From Candidatus Palauibacter australiensis (lineage in GTDB: Bacteria > Gemmatimonadota > Gemmatimonadetes > Palauibacterales > Palauibacteraceae): a DNA stretch of 64,000 nt. The stretch's first letter is position 1; each line of letters opens with the position of its first letter. Of this stretch, positions 63,297-64,000 are shown piece after piece. The stretch is from positions 961 through 64,960 of the forward strand of contig JAPPBA010000136.1 of NCBI GenBank assembly GCA_026705295.1, written 5' to 3'. The notes under the pieces were generated by a model. It was not told the origin of the DNA, ran no database searches, and was given only the letters and a program-made list of their open reading frames with translations. A program made the position numbers and the translations under genes.

Positions 63297-64000
63297 GTGG
63301 AGCCAACGAACGTCGAGAATCCCGACTACTACCACAAAGTCGTGGATTGCCAGTGGGCCTGCCCGGCCCACACCAACGTACCGGGCTACATCCGGCTCAT
63401 CGCCCAGGAACGGTACGACGACGCCTACATGCTCAACTGGGAGTCGAACGTCTTTCCGGGCATCCTCGGCCGGACGTGCGACCGCCCCTGCGAGCCCGCA
63501 TGCCGGCGCGTGAGAGTCGAGGAGAAGCCGGTCGCGATCTGTCGCCTCAAGCGCGTCGCCGCCGACCTCAGGGGCGACATCACGCCCCGCTTCCCGGAGA
63601 TCCCGAAGCAGAAGAACGGGAAGAGGATCGCCTGCGTGGGCTCGGGCCCCGCGTCGCTGACCGTCGCCCGCGACCTCATGCCCCTCGGCTACGAGGTCAC
63701 GATCTTCGAGAAGAACGACCGGCCCGGCGGCCTCATGTGGACGAACATTCCACAGTTCCGCCTGCCCCCCGAGGTGCTGTGGGAGGAGATCGACTACATC
63801 CTCGACATGGGCGTGGACATTCGCTACAACGCGCCCGTCGAAAGCATGAAGTGGCTGCTGGAGCAGGGGTTCGACGCCGTCTTCGTCGGTTCCGGCGCTC
63901 CGCGCGGCAAGGAGCTGCGCCTGCCGGGCCGGTACGACACGGACCACATCTACATCGGCATCGACTGGCTGGAATCCGTCGCCTTCGGGCACACGAACTC
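63297..64000 (+). CDS. glutamate-synthase-small-subunit-like (GltD family) Fe-S / FAD-NAD(P) oxidoreductase, 5' partial
   Basis: GTG 63297 is preceded by GAGGAGAG. VDCQWACPAHTNVPGYIRLIA...GRTCDRPCEPAC (Fe-S Cys clusters), KRIACVGSGPASLTVARDL...EKNDRPGGLM (dinucleotide fold), AVFVGSGAP. The frame is open to the window end and is absent from the ORF track because no stop is reached. Confidence 0.75.
   Translation, partial: MEPTNVENPDYYHKVVDCQWACPAHTNVPGYIRLIAQERYDDAYMLNWESNVFPGILGRTCDRPCEPACRRVRVEEKPVAICRLKRVAADLRGDITPRFPEIPKQKNGKRIACVGSGPASLTVARDLMPLGYEVTIFEKNDRPGGLMWTNIPQFRLPPEVLWEEIDYILDMGVDIRYNAPVESMKWLLEQGFDAVFVGSGAPRGKELRLPGRYDTDHIYIGIDWLESVAFGHTN

Noticed and set aside
1-64000. Mobile elements, prophage or defence islands, tRNA/rRNA genes, CRISPR arrays
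   Set aside because: I saw no transposase, integrase or recombinase motifs, no terminal inverted repeats flanking a compositionally distinct block, no cloverleaf-like tRNA sequences and no spaced repeat arrays by eye. This is a visual negative, not a computed one.

Overview
GC-rich bacterial chromosomal window. The gene content (many CarboxypepD_reg/TonB-type outer-membrane proteins, SusC/SusD pair, lipoproteins) suggests a Gemmatimonadota-like organism; this is inference only. I support about 55 CDS. By eye I found no rRNA, tRNA, CRISPR array, transposase or integrase. In order, the window holds: a TolB-like propeller; a SusC/SusD-like pair with two lipoproteins; a GcvT-family aminomethyltransferase; and a minus-strand cluster (thioredoxin-fusion protein, selenoprotein, Tat-exported class-V PLP enzyme) divergent from a LuxR regulator. 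Next come three tandem amidohydrolases, ArfB, a YdbS/YdbT-like PH-domain pair, two tandem TPR+TlpA-thioredoxin lipoproteins and RecQ. After those lie a RidA/PQQ-dehydrogenase/SDR operon, a Fur-box-preceded CbiX-like/HmuY-like/TonB-receptor operon, an M20 peptidase, OsmC, an Omp85-like barrel plus two signal peptidase I paralogs, and a CzcB/CzcA-type RND pump. The window ends with a sarcosine-oxidase-like flavoenzyme, a beta-lactamase-fold hydrolase, a coupled decarboxylase/permease/BNR trio, a CitE-like plus Zn-ADH pair, and a partial GltD-like oxidoreductase. The most interesting signal is missing from the ORF track. The ORF ending at TGA 12029-12031 continues in frame for 80 more strongly coding codons. 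An fdhF-like SECIS hairpin sits exactly 11 nt after the UGA. Together these predict a 187-aa selenoprotein with a U-G-S-C-T-S-C motif, translationally coupled to a thioredoxin-fusion protein of unknown function. Most long ORFs in the track that lie antisense or off-frame to these genes are high-GC shadow frames.
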